Assembly: GCA_041736305.1 (NCBI GenBank)
Contig: JBGSTX010000118.1
Coordinates: 1 to 50,938, forward strand
From: Oligoflexus sp.
GTDB lineage: Bacteria > Bdellovibrionota_B > Oligoflexia > Oligoflexales > Oligoflexaceae
Reading direction: 5' to 3'
DNA length: 50,938 bases
Position numbers and translations under genes: made by a program. Within the stretch, counting starts at the first letter, position 1, and every line of letters begins with the position of its first letter. Under the pieces are notes generated by a model, which had not been told where the DNA came from, searched no databases, and saw only the letters and a program-made list of their open reading frames with translations. Below are positions 8,526 through 19,284 of this stretch, one piece after another.

Positions 8526-10589
8526 TTACTTCTTGTCTTTCTTCATGACATCGCCGCGTGCAAAAACGCTGGCTACAAAGCCCAGCGCGTCATTGGCGCA
8601 TATCTCGCAGTAGCCGTAGTTTTTGATCAGACGGTTCTTGACTACGTCGATCTTGGCTTGAGCCTCTTTGTCGACGACGTTCGACACCAAACTTGTGAGT
8701 TTAATAGTGTCTTTTTGATCTTCGAAAAGCTTGAGCTCTAGGGCTTTGTGGAGGCGCTCATTCATCCGGAAGTCAAAGACCCGACCATCGAGGGCGAGAG
8801 CACCGATGTAGTTCATGATTTCGCGTCGGAAGTCATCCTTGCGAGATTCAGGAATATCGATTTTCTCTTCAATCGAACGCATCAGGCGCTCATCTGGCTC
8901 TTCCGACTCTCCCGTGTAGGGGTTTCGGACCTTTTCCTTCTGAGTGTAGGCTTTTACGTTATCAATGTAATTGCCGCAGAGCTTTTCGATGGCACTCTCG
9001 TCAGCCGAGATTGCGCGCTGCACCTCGTGCTTCACGATGTCTTCGTATTCCATTTTTACCAGCGACAAGAGCTCGCGATACTTCTTCCTGGTTTCTTCGT
9101 CGCGGATAAGCGAGTGAGTCTTCACTCCCGATTCCATCTCGTTGAGCAAGATGAAGGGATTGAGACAGCCGTTACCCTTGTCGACCACGAGAGCGTTCGA
9201 GATCTTGTCTTGGATATAGCGAGGGCTGATACCCTCCATACCTTCGCGCGTCGTCTCTTTGCGCAGCTCTTTGACATTATCCTCGGTAAAACCAGGGATG
9301 TTCTTGCCATTGTAGAGTTTGAGCTTTTGCATGATCGTCAGATTGGCTTTTTTAGGCTCTTCCAGCCTCGTTAAGATAGCCCACATCGAAGCCATATCCA
9401 ACGTATGAGGAGCGATATGGATATGCGGAACCGTCTTGGGATTGAAGTCTTTCTTGTAGATCTCGACCTCTTTGTTGAGGCGCGTGATATACGGAATATC
9501 GATCTTCACCGTTCGGTCGCGGAGAGCTTCCATGAATTCGTTGCTCTGAAGCTTCCGATATTCAGGTTCGTTGGTGTGGCCGATGATGACTTCATCGATA
9601 TCTGTCTGGGCGAACTTCTTCGGCTTAATCTTGTGTTCCTGACTCGCCGTCAGTAGGTCATAAAGGAAAGCGACGTCCAGCTTCAAAACTTCGACAAATT
9701 CGATAATACCGCGGTTAGCGATGTTGAACTCACCGTCGAAGTTGAAGGCGCGGGGATCAGAGTCCGAACCGTACTGTGCAATTTTGCGATAGTTGAGATC
9801 GCCTGTCAGTTCGGTGGAATCCTGGTTTTTCTCGTCTTTCGGTTGGAACGTGCCTATACCCACGCGGTCTTGCTCGGACAGTATCAATCGCCTGACGCGG
9901 ATGTGATTACTGACCATTTTTTGCCAGTCGCCTCGATAATGCTCGAGGAGCTTATTGTTGATGTAACGGCAAGCCGGGCAGAGGTCGCCTTCGATATGAA
10001 CCATATCTACTCGGTCAAGATTCTTGTTGAGCAGTTCGAGCACGTAGCGACGCCGATCGGCTGGAACGAGGTGCAATGGCTCCTCATGCATCGGACAGGC
10101 CATCTCGTTTTCCATCGAGAGAATATCGCCGATATCGGTCCACACGTAAGTGTAGAGAGCACCTTCGTCCTGTTGCGAATAGACTTGCAGACCTTTTTTC
10201 AAAAGGCGAGCAATAGTCGATTTTGCTGATCCAACGGGGCCATGGAGGAGAATGACGCGTTTTTCTGGGCCGTATCTTTGGGCGCCGGCTTTAAAGACGT
10301 TCACCAGCTTATTGAGGTGAATATCCAGACCAAAAACAGCGTCCCGTCCGTTTTCAAATGGATCGTCGAAAAACTTCCAGTGAAAGAGTTCTTTTTTATA
10401 TTCTGTGTAAGTCTCAAAGCCATAGCTTGCAATCATATCGTAGACGCGCTGGAAAGCGGTCCTAGCAATCTCAGGCTGTTCAATCACCATATCCAGGTAG
10501 TCCTTGAAGACACCCGACCAGTGCAGCTGCTGATATTGGTCATGAAATTCGTGCTGCGTGATGGCGCTGATCAACTTGCTCGCATCCAT
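8526..10589 (-). CDS. prkA: PrkA/YeaG serine protein kinase (AAA+ family)
   Basis: Walker [47 protein letters not shown]. Confidence 0.95.
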   Translation of the reverse strand: MDASKLISAITQHEFHDQYQQLHWSGVFKDYLDMVIEQPEIARTAFQRVYDMIASYGFETYTEYKKELFHWKFFDDPFENGRDAVFGLDIHLNKLVNVFKAGAQRYGPEKRVILLHGPVGSAKSTIARLLKKGLQVYSQQDEGALYTYVWTDIGDILSMENEMACPMHEEPLHLVPADRRRYVLELLNKNLDRVDMVHIEGDLCPACRYINNKLLEHYRGDWQKMVSNHIRVRRLILSEQDRVGIGTFQPKDEKNQDSTELTGDLNYRKIAQYGSDSDPRAFNFDGEFNIANRGIIEFVEVLKLDVAFLYDLLTASQEHKIKPKKFAQTDIDEVIIGHTNEPEYRKLQSNEFMEALRDRTVKIDIPYITRLNKEVEIYKKDFNPKTVPHIHIAPHTLDMASMWAILTRLEEPKKANLTIMQKLKLYNGKNIPGFTEDNVKELRKETTREGMEGISPRYIQDKISNALVVDKGNGCLNPFILLNEMESGVKTHSLIRDEETRKKYRELLSLVKMEYEDIVKHEVQRAISADESAIEKLCGNYIDNVKAYTQKEKVRNPYTGESEEPDERLMRSIEEKIDIPESRKDDFRREIMNYIGALALDGRVFDFRMNERLHKALELKLFEDQKDTIKLTSLVSNVVDKEAQAKIDVVKNRLIKNYGYCEICANDALGFVASVFARGDVMKKDKK

Positions 10590-10790
10590 GCTAGCCCCTC
10601 GTTGGTAATGGACGATGTCGCTGCTCTAAATAAACAATAAGCTGTAATAGCCAGTGAAGACAAATACTGTTCGACTCAGAATCCGCTGTTTGAGTCTGAA
10701 AGACAGTCCCGATGCGGGAAAAATCCTGTATCGTGCTGTCGCCACTGTGCATATTAATAGGTGGTCCGCTGGGTGATTGAACCTGATAAC

Positions 10791-10819
10791 AGAATATCGA
10801 GGAAAATTGGGTAAGTCAA
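10791..10819 (-). promoter_or_regulatory. Putative sigma70 promoter for the prkA operon
   Basis: Minus strand TTGACT-N17-TATTCT about 200 bp upstream of the prkA ATG. Confidence 0.45.
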
Positions 10820-11042
10820 AAAATGATTTAGAACCCTTTATCGTGTATGTAACTTGAGTAAGGGTGCCCTTCCTCGCGACATTCTCGATGTCTTCTACTG
10901 CACAAGATAAGGCCTAGTTCTTAAAAATTCGCTAAGACGAAGAATCGTCGGGGGTGAAGCCAGCGCAAACATCAGCCTTGCTTGCTCTTTGCTCTTACTG
11001 GCGTTCTGAAATCTTCTTCGACTTGAGCAGGAAGGAAAAGGT

Positions 11043-12168
11043 TCAATGGCCTACAGCTGCATCGGGTTTGGTGTGCATCGCAGCGAGGTACTCATTGATG
11101 AAGGCGTCTATATCACCGTCAAGGACTTCGTCGGGACTGAAGTTCTCCAGGTCCGTGCGGTGGTCTTTCACGAGTTTGTAGGGATGAAGGACGTAGCTCC
11201 GAATCTGGCTCCCAAAACTCACGTCTGATTTGGCACCCTCAACCACAGCCTGAGCTTTCTTACGCTCTTCAAGTTCGCGTTCGTAGAGGCGTGATTTAAG
11301 GAGTTTCAAACACTGGTCGCGGTTCTGGTGCTGCGATCGATGCATCTGACTAGCGACGACTATTCCAGACGGCATATGCGTCATTCGCACGGCTGAGTCA
11401 GTTCTGTTAACGTGCTGTCCACCTGCACCTGACGCGCGATAGGTATCCACTCGAATATCACTATCAACTAGATCAATTTGAATTTCGTCATCTATGATCG
11501 GCGATACGAATACAGACACGAAGGAGGTATGGCGCCTAGCGTTTGAATCGAAAGGACTTATGCGCACCAAGCGATGAACACCGTTTTCCGCTTTCAGAAG
11601 ACCAAAAGCAAATGGACCTTTGATTTCGATCGTCGCGCTCTTGATGCCGGCTTCGTCACCATCCTGAATGTCGTGGATTTCAACGGCCCAGCCCTTACGC
11701 TCGGCAAAGCGCAGGTACATACGGAAGAGCATCGAGGCCCAATCGCAGGATTCAGTGCCACCGGCTCCCGAGTTGATCGTCAGAAGTCCATCATTGAAGT
11801 CGAGTTCACCGCCTAGCAGACTCTGGACTTCGAGGGCTTTGAGTTCGGTCTCCAGCTTTTCAAGCAGACCATGAGCCTCAAGAGCGTATTCCTCACCACC
11901 TTCTTCTGCCAGCTCCAAGGCGGCATTGAGATCTTCGAGATTGGCGGTGAGTTGGTGTGCTCGATTGACGGCGAGCTCGAGGGCTCTCTTCTTTTTGAGG
12001 ATAGGGGCTGCTACTTGCGGGTCAGACCAGAAATTCGGTCGAGCTTCGATCTCGGCCTCTATATCTTTGAGTTGCTCTTCTTTGATAGCAACGTCAAAGA
12101 AACCTCCATACGCGCTCATACTTCATGCTGGCATCTTTGGCGCGGGTCTGGAGTGCATCGATCTGCAT
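11043..12168 (-). CDS. prfB: Peptide chain release factor 2 with programmed +1 frameshift
   Basis: True start ATG 12168 (MQIDALQTRAKDASMKYERVWRFL), then CTT TGA C at 12099-12093 with an internal SD GGAGG at 12107-12103. The downstream frame has SPF (RISPFD) and GGQ motifs. Confidence 0.96.
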
Positions 12169-12268
12169 GGGGGAACCTCTTAGACGATAAGTTGACTCAA
12201 AAACGGGTCCGAACGTACCATAGTATACCTAGCACCGCCAGTCAAAGACTGGCCCGAGAGGCCTTACG

Positions 12269-12478
12269 ATGATAATGCTGACTAAGCTCGACAATCAAAA
12301 GATCCTCATCAACCTCGAGACGATCAAGTATCTCGAAGCGGTTCCCGATACCTTGATTTTCTTCACCAATGGCGAATCGGTGATGGTCAAGGAAACACTT
12401 GAGAATGTTACCGAAGCTGTCAAAGACTATCATTCGGATCTATTGCGTCGTTCCCAAACATCCGCCCCTCCCCTCTAA
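12269..12478 (+). CDS. flbD: Flagellar protein FlbD (SwrD family)
   Basis: MIMLTKLDNQKILINLETIKYLEAVPDTLIFFTNGESVMVKE matches the FlbD family pattern. Confidence 0.85.
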   Translation: MIMLTKLDNQKILINLETIKYLEAVPDTLIFFTNGESVMVKETLENVTEAVKDYHSDLLRRSQTSAPPL

Positions 12479-12518
12479 TGTTTGGCCGTTTCTGCCGAAA
12501 AAGTAGCAGACCTTTTGC

Positions 12519-14912
12519 TTGGGGTTTGGTGCTTTGCAAAAATCGTGCGCTATCCTCTTGGCTTTACTGCTTAGTCTCTATCAGTTAGCCGAGGCCAAAA
12601 ATCGAAAGCCTGCCGCGAAGGCAGCTGAAGACCCCCTTGCGTCGCGTTCGGTTGAAGACCTTGTCAAAAATTTTATGTTCGTCGGCGACTTCGATGAGAA
12701 GGCCCCTACCAGGTCGAACAGCAAGGAAGTGTTTTGGCGTTATCCCCTTTCCCTGCCGAAAATCCAGTTTAAGTTCCAAGGTCTGGCTCCGCTGCAAGAT
12801 AAGTCGCTGGTTGACGATTTCCCGCAGACTGAGGGTAAGGGAAGGGCCGTACAGCACCTCAACCGCGGACGCAAACTCTTCTTGGATGGTCAGCTCGACG
12901 ACGCCCGAAAAACCTGGTTGAGCGGGAGGGCTCGCTATGGAAAAGACTACGAGCAACATAGGAGAGCCGACTATTTTATCGCCTTTTCATTTCTCTATAC
13001 CGGTCTAGACCTTTTGAAAAGCACTGGCTTTGACTACCACACTCACGACGTGAGACAGAGTTTTGTCAATGCGGCTACTTTCATGTCGTGGGCCTTTGAT
13101 CGGAAAAAAGATCTTCCTGACCCGCTACTCGATCGCATCGCGCCCCGTGCTTACTACAATCAAGCCACCATCTATTACGTTTATGAACGTTGGGCAGGGG
13201 TGGTTGGCGCCACGACGCTCGGCCTCGATTATCTCCGCAAGACCGGCCGAAGCGACTTTCGCACCGACCTGAGACGCATGCTAGCCGAGACCCATATTCG
13301 CAATCACGACTACCTCGAAGCGGTGCGCGAGCTGGATCTGGCTCTCAGGCAGGATTCTAAGCTTGATACCGCCGCCGCAATCTTTGCCCGCATAGGCGAT
13401 ATTTACTTCGATTTAAACAATTTTGAGCTAGCCGAAGAAGTTTATGCGCTCGCGAGTCGCATCGACAGAGAACTGAAATCAGTTCGGCCTTCTCAGTACG
13501 TCTTACGGGGCGAATCCCTCTTTTGGATGGGTCGTTTCGAAGAAGCTATCAAGGTTTTACAGTATGCCCAGGAAGCAGCGGCCATGCCAAGTACCCGTGA
13601 AGATGATGAATGGGCTATGCTGCCGCTAGCCCATGAAGAACTCGACCTCGATATGCAGGCTCTTATCTCCTTGCGCATAGCCGACAGCTGGCTCGCCCTT
13701 GGCAATTACGAAAAAGCCAAGCTAGCCTACTTCAAGCATAGCAATGAATTTCGGCAGCACAGTACGACTCCGTTCGCCAAAATCAGGCTAGCCTGTCTCG
13801 AGCTACCCTTCTACGACGGCAACAATATTGCTCATGCCCGAACCCTCCTCGCTGGGCTCAAAGAAGCGGCCGACTTGATACCTGCTCCAGCGCAGGAGCT
13901 GGCCTGGACCTGTGAGATTGGATCTTACGCTCAACACGAACGAACGGCAGAGATGGTCGATAGGGTTCGGACCTTTGTGTCTCATTATCCGGAATCAGCT
14001 TTTCTCAAAGAACTGGCGACTCCAGTGCGGGAAGTCCAGGCGCGGCATATAGATGGCTATTTTAAGGCGGGGGATGCCTACGGGGCAGTCAAGTTTTTCG
14101 AGGCTACTCAAAAAGTCCTGTTCCCTGTGGTATCTGATCAGCTGGCATCTAAGCTTTTCATGGCCTACGTCGACATCAATCAGTCGGAACGAGCTCTCCC
14201 TTTTCTTTCGGCCTATGCGCGGCAGAATCTCGACGAAACAGGCTGGTTACGATTGGCGACTGCCCTCGTTGAGTTAGGGGCAAAAGCTAAGCCGGGGGAG
14301 CGGAGCCTGTGGGAGCAGAAAAATAAAAGTCTGAGCAAACAGATGGGGAGTTTAGGGTTGGACGTGGAGCCAGAGCTCAAGTATCGCCTGGCGATAAACC
14401 GTATCCTGGCTCAGCCCTTATCTGAGCTTCATCTGGGATGGATTTTGAAATTGGCCATCCATTGGTCTGATCGCGACGTCTCGATCGGCTGCGATCTCGT
14501 CTATCCACTGCTCGACCGTCACCAAAAGCAGAAATCCGAGCGCGGAGGACTCGAGACGGGAGCAGACAAGCTGGCTATTGATTTCATAGATGACAATTTG
14601 AAGGACCTTCTGCGCTTTGAAACCAACTGCGCCTATTCGATCATGGAATTTGAAATTGGACTCTATGAGGGCAGTATCAGCCTCCTGGCCGACAAATACC
14701 TGAGACGCGATTATCTCACTCTCAATCCGACTACGGCGGCCATGATCTGGAACGTAGCCGAGCAGAGCTATCAACAGGGCTACCGGCGTGAAGCCGAGGG
14801 TCTCTGGAAAATTCTGGTAGACAAAGGCGAGCCGGGCTTGCCTGAAGTGCGCTACGCACAAGCTAGGTTAGATAAAGGGCGGACGGAACTGGACGATCTC
14901 TGGCAGCGCTAG
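12519..14912 (+). CDS. Exported tetratricopeptide-repeat protein
   Basis: 797 aa, signal-peptide-like N-terminus, and TPR-like helices (RIGDIYFDLNNFELAEEVY, RGESLFWMGRFEEA, RIADSWLALGNYEKA). Confidence 0.75.
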   Translation: MGFGALQKSCAILLALLLSLYQLAEAKNRKPAAKAAEDPLASRSVEDLVKNFMFVGDFDEKAPTRSNSKEVFWRYPLSLPKIQFKFQGLAPLQDKSLVDDFPQTEGKGRAVQHLNRGRKLFLDGQLDDARKTWLSGRARYGKDYEQHRRADYFIAFSFLYTGLDLLKSTGFDYHTHDVRQSFVNAATFMSWAFDRKKDLPDPLLDRIAPRAYYNQATIYYVYERWAGVVGATTLGLDYLRKTGRSDFRTDLRRMLAETHIRNHDYLEAVRELDLALRQDSKLDTAAAIFARIGDIYFDLNNFELAEEVYALASRIDRELKSVRPSQYVLRGESLFWMGRFEEAIKVLQYAQEAAAMPSTREDDEWAMLPLAHEELDLDMQALISLRIADSWLALGNYEKAKLAYFKHSNEFRQHSTTPFAKIRLACLELPFYDGNNIAHARTLLAGLKEAADLIPAPAQELAWTCEIGSYAQHERTAEMVDRVRTFVSHYPESAFLKELATPVREVQARHIDGYFKAGDAYGAVKFFEATQKVLFPVVSDQLASKLFMAYVDINQSERALPFLSAYARQNLDETGWLRLATALVELGAKAKPGERSLWEQKNKSLSKQMGSLGLDVEPELKYRLAINRILAQPLSELHLGWILKLAIHWSDRDVSIGCDLVYPLLDRHQKQKSERGGLETGADKLAIDFIDDNLKDLLRFETNCAYSIMEFEIGLYEGSISLLADKYLRRDYLTLNPTTAAMIWNVAEQSYQQGYRREAEGLWKILVDKGEPGLPEVRYAQARLDKGRTELDDLWQR

Positions 14913-14994
14913 GTTCAAGTTCAAAAACAAGCGCCTTATCTAAGTAATCTGGGAGTTTAGAAGAGCGGGCCGAGCTTTCACAGGCAGATATTTA

Positions 14995-15021
14995 TCAAGT
15001 GGCAGTCGAGTATACCGATAA
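14995..15021 (+). promoter_or_regulatory. Putative sigma28 (FliA) promoter
   Basis: TCAAG-N14-ACCGATAA, 53 bp upstream of a chemoreceptor gene. Confidence 0.65.
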
Positions 15022-15074
15022 AAGAAACATTGCATTGCATGCTAGGTTTCCTGGTCTCCAAAAGGGGCAGATAA

Positions 15075-16775
15075 ATGTTCAAGACTTTGCGTGATCCCTT
15101 TCTTCTGACTGCTTTGGCAACGCTGCCGGCGGTGACTATAGGCTTCTCAGGAGTATTTGAATATAAGGGCTTCGTTACCCCCGCTCTCATTGCCTTCATG
15201 TGGGGCCTGATGTTCCTGCAGGCGATGAGCACAAAGCCGAGCCAAGGCGCCGAAAAAGGTCCGGCAGAGCAGGAACCAGCCCTCTCTAGCGAAAGTGCGA
15301 GTCAGCTCGACTCCTTGGCTGAGAAAAGAGCCATTCTGCTAAAAAATCAGCTGGAAAAGCGTTTCAATATTGAAAAGTCTGAAATGGAGGCGACCCAGAA
15401 GGCCCTCTCCGAACAGAACCAGCAGTTTCGCCTGCAGCTTGGCGAAAGAAATAGTGAAATCGGCCATCTGAGAAGCCAGTTTAACGAATTGAAAGTCCAA
15501 TGGGAAAGTCGCCGTGGTCGCGATTCTTCAGCGCCGGCTACGGAAGAGGCAGGTCGCCTCAATGATCGTATCAAACAGTTGGAGTCCCACCTTTCCGAGC
15601 GCGATGAGCACCTGGCAGCCCAAGAGAAGCTGATGCGCCATATACTCGAACTGATACCTCAAATTCAAAAGCAGATGGGTGCCGTCGTCGATCATACCGA
15701 AACCTCGGCAATTGAAATCGGCGACAAGGTTCGATCTATTTATGAAAAGGCCCAGGAGCACCTGGCGGAATCCAACGAGATCAATAAGCAGTTCTCGGGC
15801 GACCCGGCACAGCGTAATCCAGAAGACGAAGACAAGCTCTCCCTCTCAGGTGTGATCTCGGTCGCTCTCAAGCTGCTCCAGGACATGACAGCGATGTTAG
15901 AGGAAAACGGTAAACTCAACCTCCATTACTCGCAGTCGATTCAAGCTATCCTCGAAAATACCGCGACTATCAATAAGATCACGGAAGATATTCAGTACAT
16001 CTCCGATCAAACCAACCTCTTGGCCCTCAACGCTGCGATTGAGGCGGCTCGAGCTGGTGAGCACGGCCGGGGATTCAGCGTTGTTGCCGAGGAAGTGCGA
16101 AAGCTGTCCGATAGAACCAATCAGGCTTCGAACGATATTACCCAGATCGTGGGCAAAGTGAATGACTCAGTGGAAGCTATCTCCAAGTCCCTCACCGACA
16201 ACCGATCTAAAACGGAAAGCAAGAAGGACAGCGTTGATAGGGCTGTGAAGTCCTTGCTCTCGACCGCTCGTGAGTCCACCTCGGTCTTCTCGAAGCTAGT
16301 AGATTCTTCGGTCGTAAGCTCCCAAAGTGTTGCCCACAACATCGATCAGATCATCTTAAGTCTCCAGTTTCAGGACATCACGAGGCAGGAGATGGAAGCT
16401 GCCGTTATACCGATTCGTCAGATATCTAATCTGGCAGAGGAAATGGTCTCCAAGCTCACTCTGGCCAAGGCTGATGCCGGTGGCTATCGACTTGCTGTTG
16501 GTCAAAGTTCTGGAGGAGGCGGCTCTTCCTCGCCTTCTCCTGGGCCTGCATCACAAGCCAGCGGCAGCAAATCGCCGGTCAGCCTAGTAAGCACTGAAGC
16601 CGAGGCCCGCGTCCCGAAAGTAGCTACGGAAGCTCCTTCCCTCAAAAAGAGCGATGCGAAACAAGGCGAAGTGCTTGATTTCGATACACCTGACGAGAAA
16701 ATTCAGAAGGACGCAGCACAAACTACCGAGGAAGATGACAAGACCGCTACCCGGGGTGATGTTCTCTTCTTCTAA
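15075..16775 (+). CDS. Methyl-accepting chemotaxis protein
   Basis: [37 protein letters not shown] signalling hairpin, LQFQDITRQ, two N-terminal TM helices and a long coiled coil. Confidence 0.92.
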   Translation: MFKTLRDPFLLTALATLPAVTIGFSGVFEYKGFVTPALIAFMWGLMFLQAMSTKPSQGAEKGPAEQEPALSSESASQLDSLAEKRAILLKNQLEKRFNIEKSEMEATQKALSEQNQQFRLQLGERNSEIGHLRSQFNELKVQWESRRGRDSSAPATEEAGRLNDRIKQLESHLSERDEHLAAQEKLMRHILELIPQIQKQMGAVVDHTETSAIEIGDKVRSIYEKAQEHLAESNEINKQFSGDPAQRNPEDEDKLSLSGVISVALKLLQDMTAMLEENGKLNLHYSQSIQAILENTATINKITEDIQYISDQTNLLALNAAIEAARAGEHGRGFSVVAEEVRKLSDRTNQASNDITQIVGKVNDSVEAISKSLTDNRSKTESKKDSVDRAVKSLLSTARESTSVFSKLVDSSVVSSQSVAHNIDQIILSLQFQDITRQEMEAAVIPIRQISNLAEEMVSKLTLAKADAGGYRLAVGQSSGGGGSSSPSPGPASQASGSKSPVSLVSTEAEARVPKVATEAPSLKKSDAKQGEVLDFDTPDEKIQKDAAQTTEEDDKTATRGDVLFF

Positions 16776-16900
16776 AATCAGTCCATGTCTCTTGCAGATC
16801 TGCAGGGTTTTTGTCATTGATGAGGCTCTCAAATCCACTGTGGTCCTGGCTTTTAACTAAGCGACGGACCCCCAGCGAGCCTCTCATGGAAGGACGCCCT

Positions 16901-17482
16901 ATGGAACATTGGCCTCAAATCCTACTGCAGTACCTTCCCAATACTTCTGACGCATCTCAGCCCTATATCAAGGCGGCCTTAGAGGCGATAATTTTCCATA
17001 TGTCGCCTCGAACATCCGGATTACGTTTCGACGGAAGCCCTCGGCCCGAACCAGAAATCCGTTTGCTTGGTACCAACTTGTGCGTTAACGGAATCTTTAT
17101 TCCACTCGCCAGTCGGCCTTTGACCTTTAAGCTTATCGCGAGCTTCTTCGCAGACGTCAGTCTGCAGGTCGACAGACAGTGCATTTTGCAGGAAGTCTAC
17201 GGATGCCAGAGTCGAGATAAGGGTGCGGCCAGCGAGCGCATGACTCAATCGTACGATTGTAATCTCAATAAACTCATTAGCCGAACCCGCAAGCTGATCG
17301 TAGAGGCTTTGGCATCTGCTGGATGGTCCCATAGCTTGAAGTGGATCGTTTTTGATGCGGAAAGCAAGCTGTGGCGACTTTGGGCCTACAGAGATGGGCG
17401 CGATGATAGTCCCGACTCCGAGCAAGAAGAAGAGGCTTATTCAGACTCATCCTACGAAGAACCTATACTGCTTATGCTTTAA
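16901..17482 (+). CDS. Hypothetical protein with a putative OmpR-type winged-helix DNA-binding domain, no receiver domain
   Basis: PLTFKLIASFF...VDRQCILQEVYG...NLNKLISRTRKLI resembles the Trans_reg_C pattern. Start uncertain (16886 or 16901). Confidence 0.45.
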   Translation: MEHWPQILLQYLPNTSDASQPYIKAALEAIIFHMSPRTSGLRFDGSPRPEPEIRLLGTNLCVNGIFIPLASRPLTFKLIASFFADVSLQVDRQCILQEVYGCQSRDKGAASERMTQSYDCNLNKLISRTRKLIVEALASAGWSHSLKWIVFDAESKLWRLWAYRDGRDDSPDSEQEEEAYSDSSYEEPILLML

Positions 17483-17495
17483 TACGTTCAGCGGG

Positions 17496-19133
17496 CTAGG
17501 ATGCTGACTTTGGGTAGCTCGCGCCTTCGCTGAGGTCTCTGAGTAGCTTCGTCTGATCGCTCAGCTGGCCACGAAACACCAGTTGCAGGCAGTCTAGCAT
17601 CCGAGCCTCATCGAGGTGCAAGACCTGATGAAAAAGCGAGGAGCCGATCATCTCCCCGAGCTGACGGCTCAAAGCGAAGCCGAGTCGGCGATCTTTGTCG
17701 ATGAGAGCTTCTTTGTGCAGAGACTTCATGCGGGAAAGAGGTCCCATAAGTTCTTCGTAGAGCTGCAGGATGGTGCGGTAAGTCTCGCGCCGAGTCCGAT
17801 TGCGTCCTAGAAGGCGCTTTCGCTTCATGAGGAGCGTAGACTCTTCGAGGTCGCGGGCTTTGAGAGTCGGGTGTCTCGGGTTCATGAGAAGAGCAGCTAC
17901 CGTACTGCAAACGTGGCGCTCGACCCTTTCAACCAGAGTCGATTCACGCTCAGCGTTCGACGCATGGCGCAGTGTATCATAGAGAAAATGCCCTGATGCT
18001 TCTGCAAAGTGGCAGAGAGACGCATCCTGTATCAGTATCGAACGGGCAGGGCTCAAGTAGTAGAAGCCCCCAGACTGCAAAGCCTCTTCGGCTGCGGCTA
18101 GCTCGAAGCGATCCAGATTCAATTTGCCCTTGAGGTGGTTGATCATACTTCGATCGGGCCGGAGGTAGAGATCAAACTTGCTCAACTCGCTGCTCGAAAC
18201 GCCTAAACCAAGAAAATCATTGATAGCCTTGCAGATGTGCAGAAGCTGGTAATCAAAATCATAGCGGTGTTCAGTGTAGAGGTCCCCTTCATCGACGAAA
18301 GGTCCTGGATCCATATTTGCGTGCAGCTCTTCCCACATCGAGAGCGATTGCCACTTCAACCAGGGAGCTGTGTTGATTATGCAGTAAAAGTCTTGAGCCA
18401 GCTGGAGGTACTCTGAGCTCGCGAGTGGTAGTTTGAGCGTTTGCAGCGCGTATTCGTCGACATTAGCTACGACACGAATGGTGCGGTGCTGTCGATCGAG
18501 TCGATTAAGAAGGTGGCTGTCTGCGAGGTGGTGTTCACCGATGAGACAAAGCGATAGATATTCGGGATGACTCGAGGCCCACGCATTGAGAGCCATAGCT
18601 GCAAACTCATCGCGTCGAATCAAGCGATTGGGTGAGTCGAACTGGGAATTGATGCCTTTGATCTGAATCCTGCTCTTGATGCAGTAATCAACGATCGGTT
18701 GATAGTTTTCCCAAGGAAATCCCCACATATTGTGATAGTCGATTTTCTTGAGAAACAAACCCTCCGTGATGCGGGCAGACTGAAAATCGTCAATCAGCTG
18801 TTGATCTTTGGCATTGAAAATCTCTAGTGCCACCATCATAGGGCGTTCGGGGTATTGCTCGCGTATCTGACAGAGGAGCCGCAGAAATCCGCGCTGTGAT
18901 TGCTTTAGAGTGTGAAAATCGCCATAAAGTAGGATCTGGGCGCTAGCCAGCTGATTCAAGAGCGATCCGGCATCCGTATGCTCGAAGCTTCCCGGTAGAG
19001 ATCGCTGAAAACTCTGCGAGTATTCAGCAATTTCCTCGGAATTCAAACCGGTGAAGTACCGAGCGCCTTCGAGTGCATGAGCGTTCAGTTCGCGATGAAA
19101 AGAATGTAGTTTTTGCAGTGCGCTGCTCGACAC
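17496..19133 (-). CDS. ChaN-like (haem/iron-uptake family) domain protein with C-terminal extension
   Basis: ILLYGDFHT, VALEIF, WGFPWENYQPI, RRDEFAA, LIGEHHL. Confidence 0.7.
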   Translation of the reverse strand: MSSSALQKLHSFHRELNAHALEGARYFTGLNSEEIAEYSQSFQRSLPGSFEHTDAGSLLNQLASAQILLYGDFHTLKQSQRGFLRLLCQIREQYPERPMMVALEIFNAKDQQLIDDFQSARITEGLFLKKIDYHNMWGFPWENYQPIVDYCIKSRIQIKGINSQFDSPNRLIRRDEFAAMALNAWASSHPEYLSLCLIGEHHLADSHLLNRLDRQHRTIRVVANVDEYALQTLKLPLASSEYLQLAQDFYCIINTAPWLKWQSLSMWEELHANMDPGPFVDEGDLYTEHRYDFDYQLLHICKAINDFLGLGVSSSELSKFDLYLRPDRSMINHLKGKLNLDRFELAAAEEALQSGGFYYLSPARSILIQDASLCHFAEASGHFLYDTLRHASNAERESTLVERVERHVCSTVAALLMNPRHPTLKARDLEESTLLMKRKRLLGRNRTRRETYRTILQLYEELMGPLSRMKSLHKEALIDKDRRLGFALSRQLGEMIGSSLFHQVLHLDEARMLDCLQLVFRGQLSDQTKLLRDLSEGASYPKSAS

Positions 19134-19284
19134 AGCCTATCCCCTCGAGTTCGTGACTCTGGATGGCCGACTATTCGGCAAAGACAAAGAAAGAATGTTT
19201 GTGGCTATGTACTCAGTCTATCACATTTCGGAGAAGCCCTGCGAAGAGGGCCAGACTCCTTACGGAAGAGGGACGGGAAAAAGA

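Noticed and set aside
5850-10640. Long plus-strand ORFs antisense to spoVR, yeaH and prkA (similar ones lie over fliF, nrdA and carB)
   Set aside because: These are typical antisense shadows of codon-biased genes, with no motifs of their own.
10590-11042. Sigma54 promoter for prkA
   Set aside because: The closest GG...GC match has 11-nt spacing rather than the required 10.
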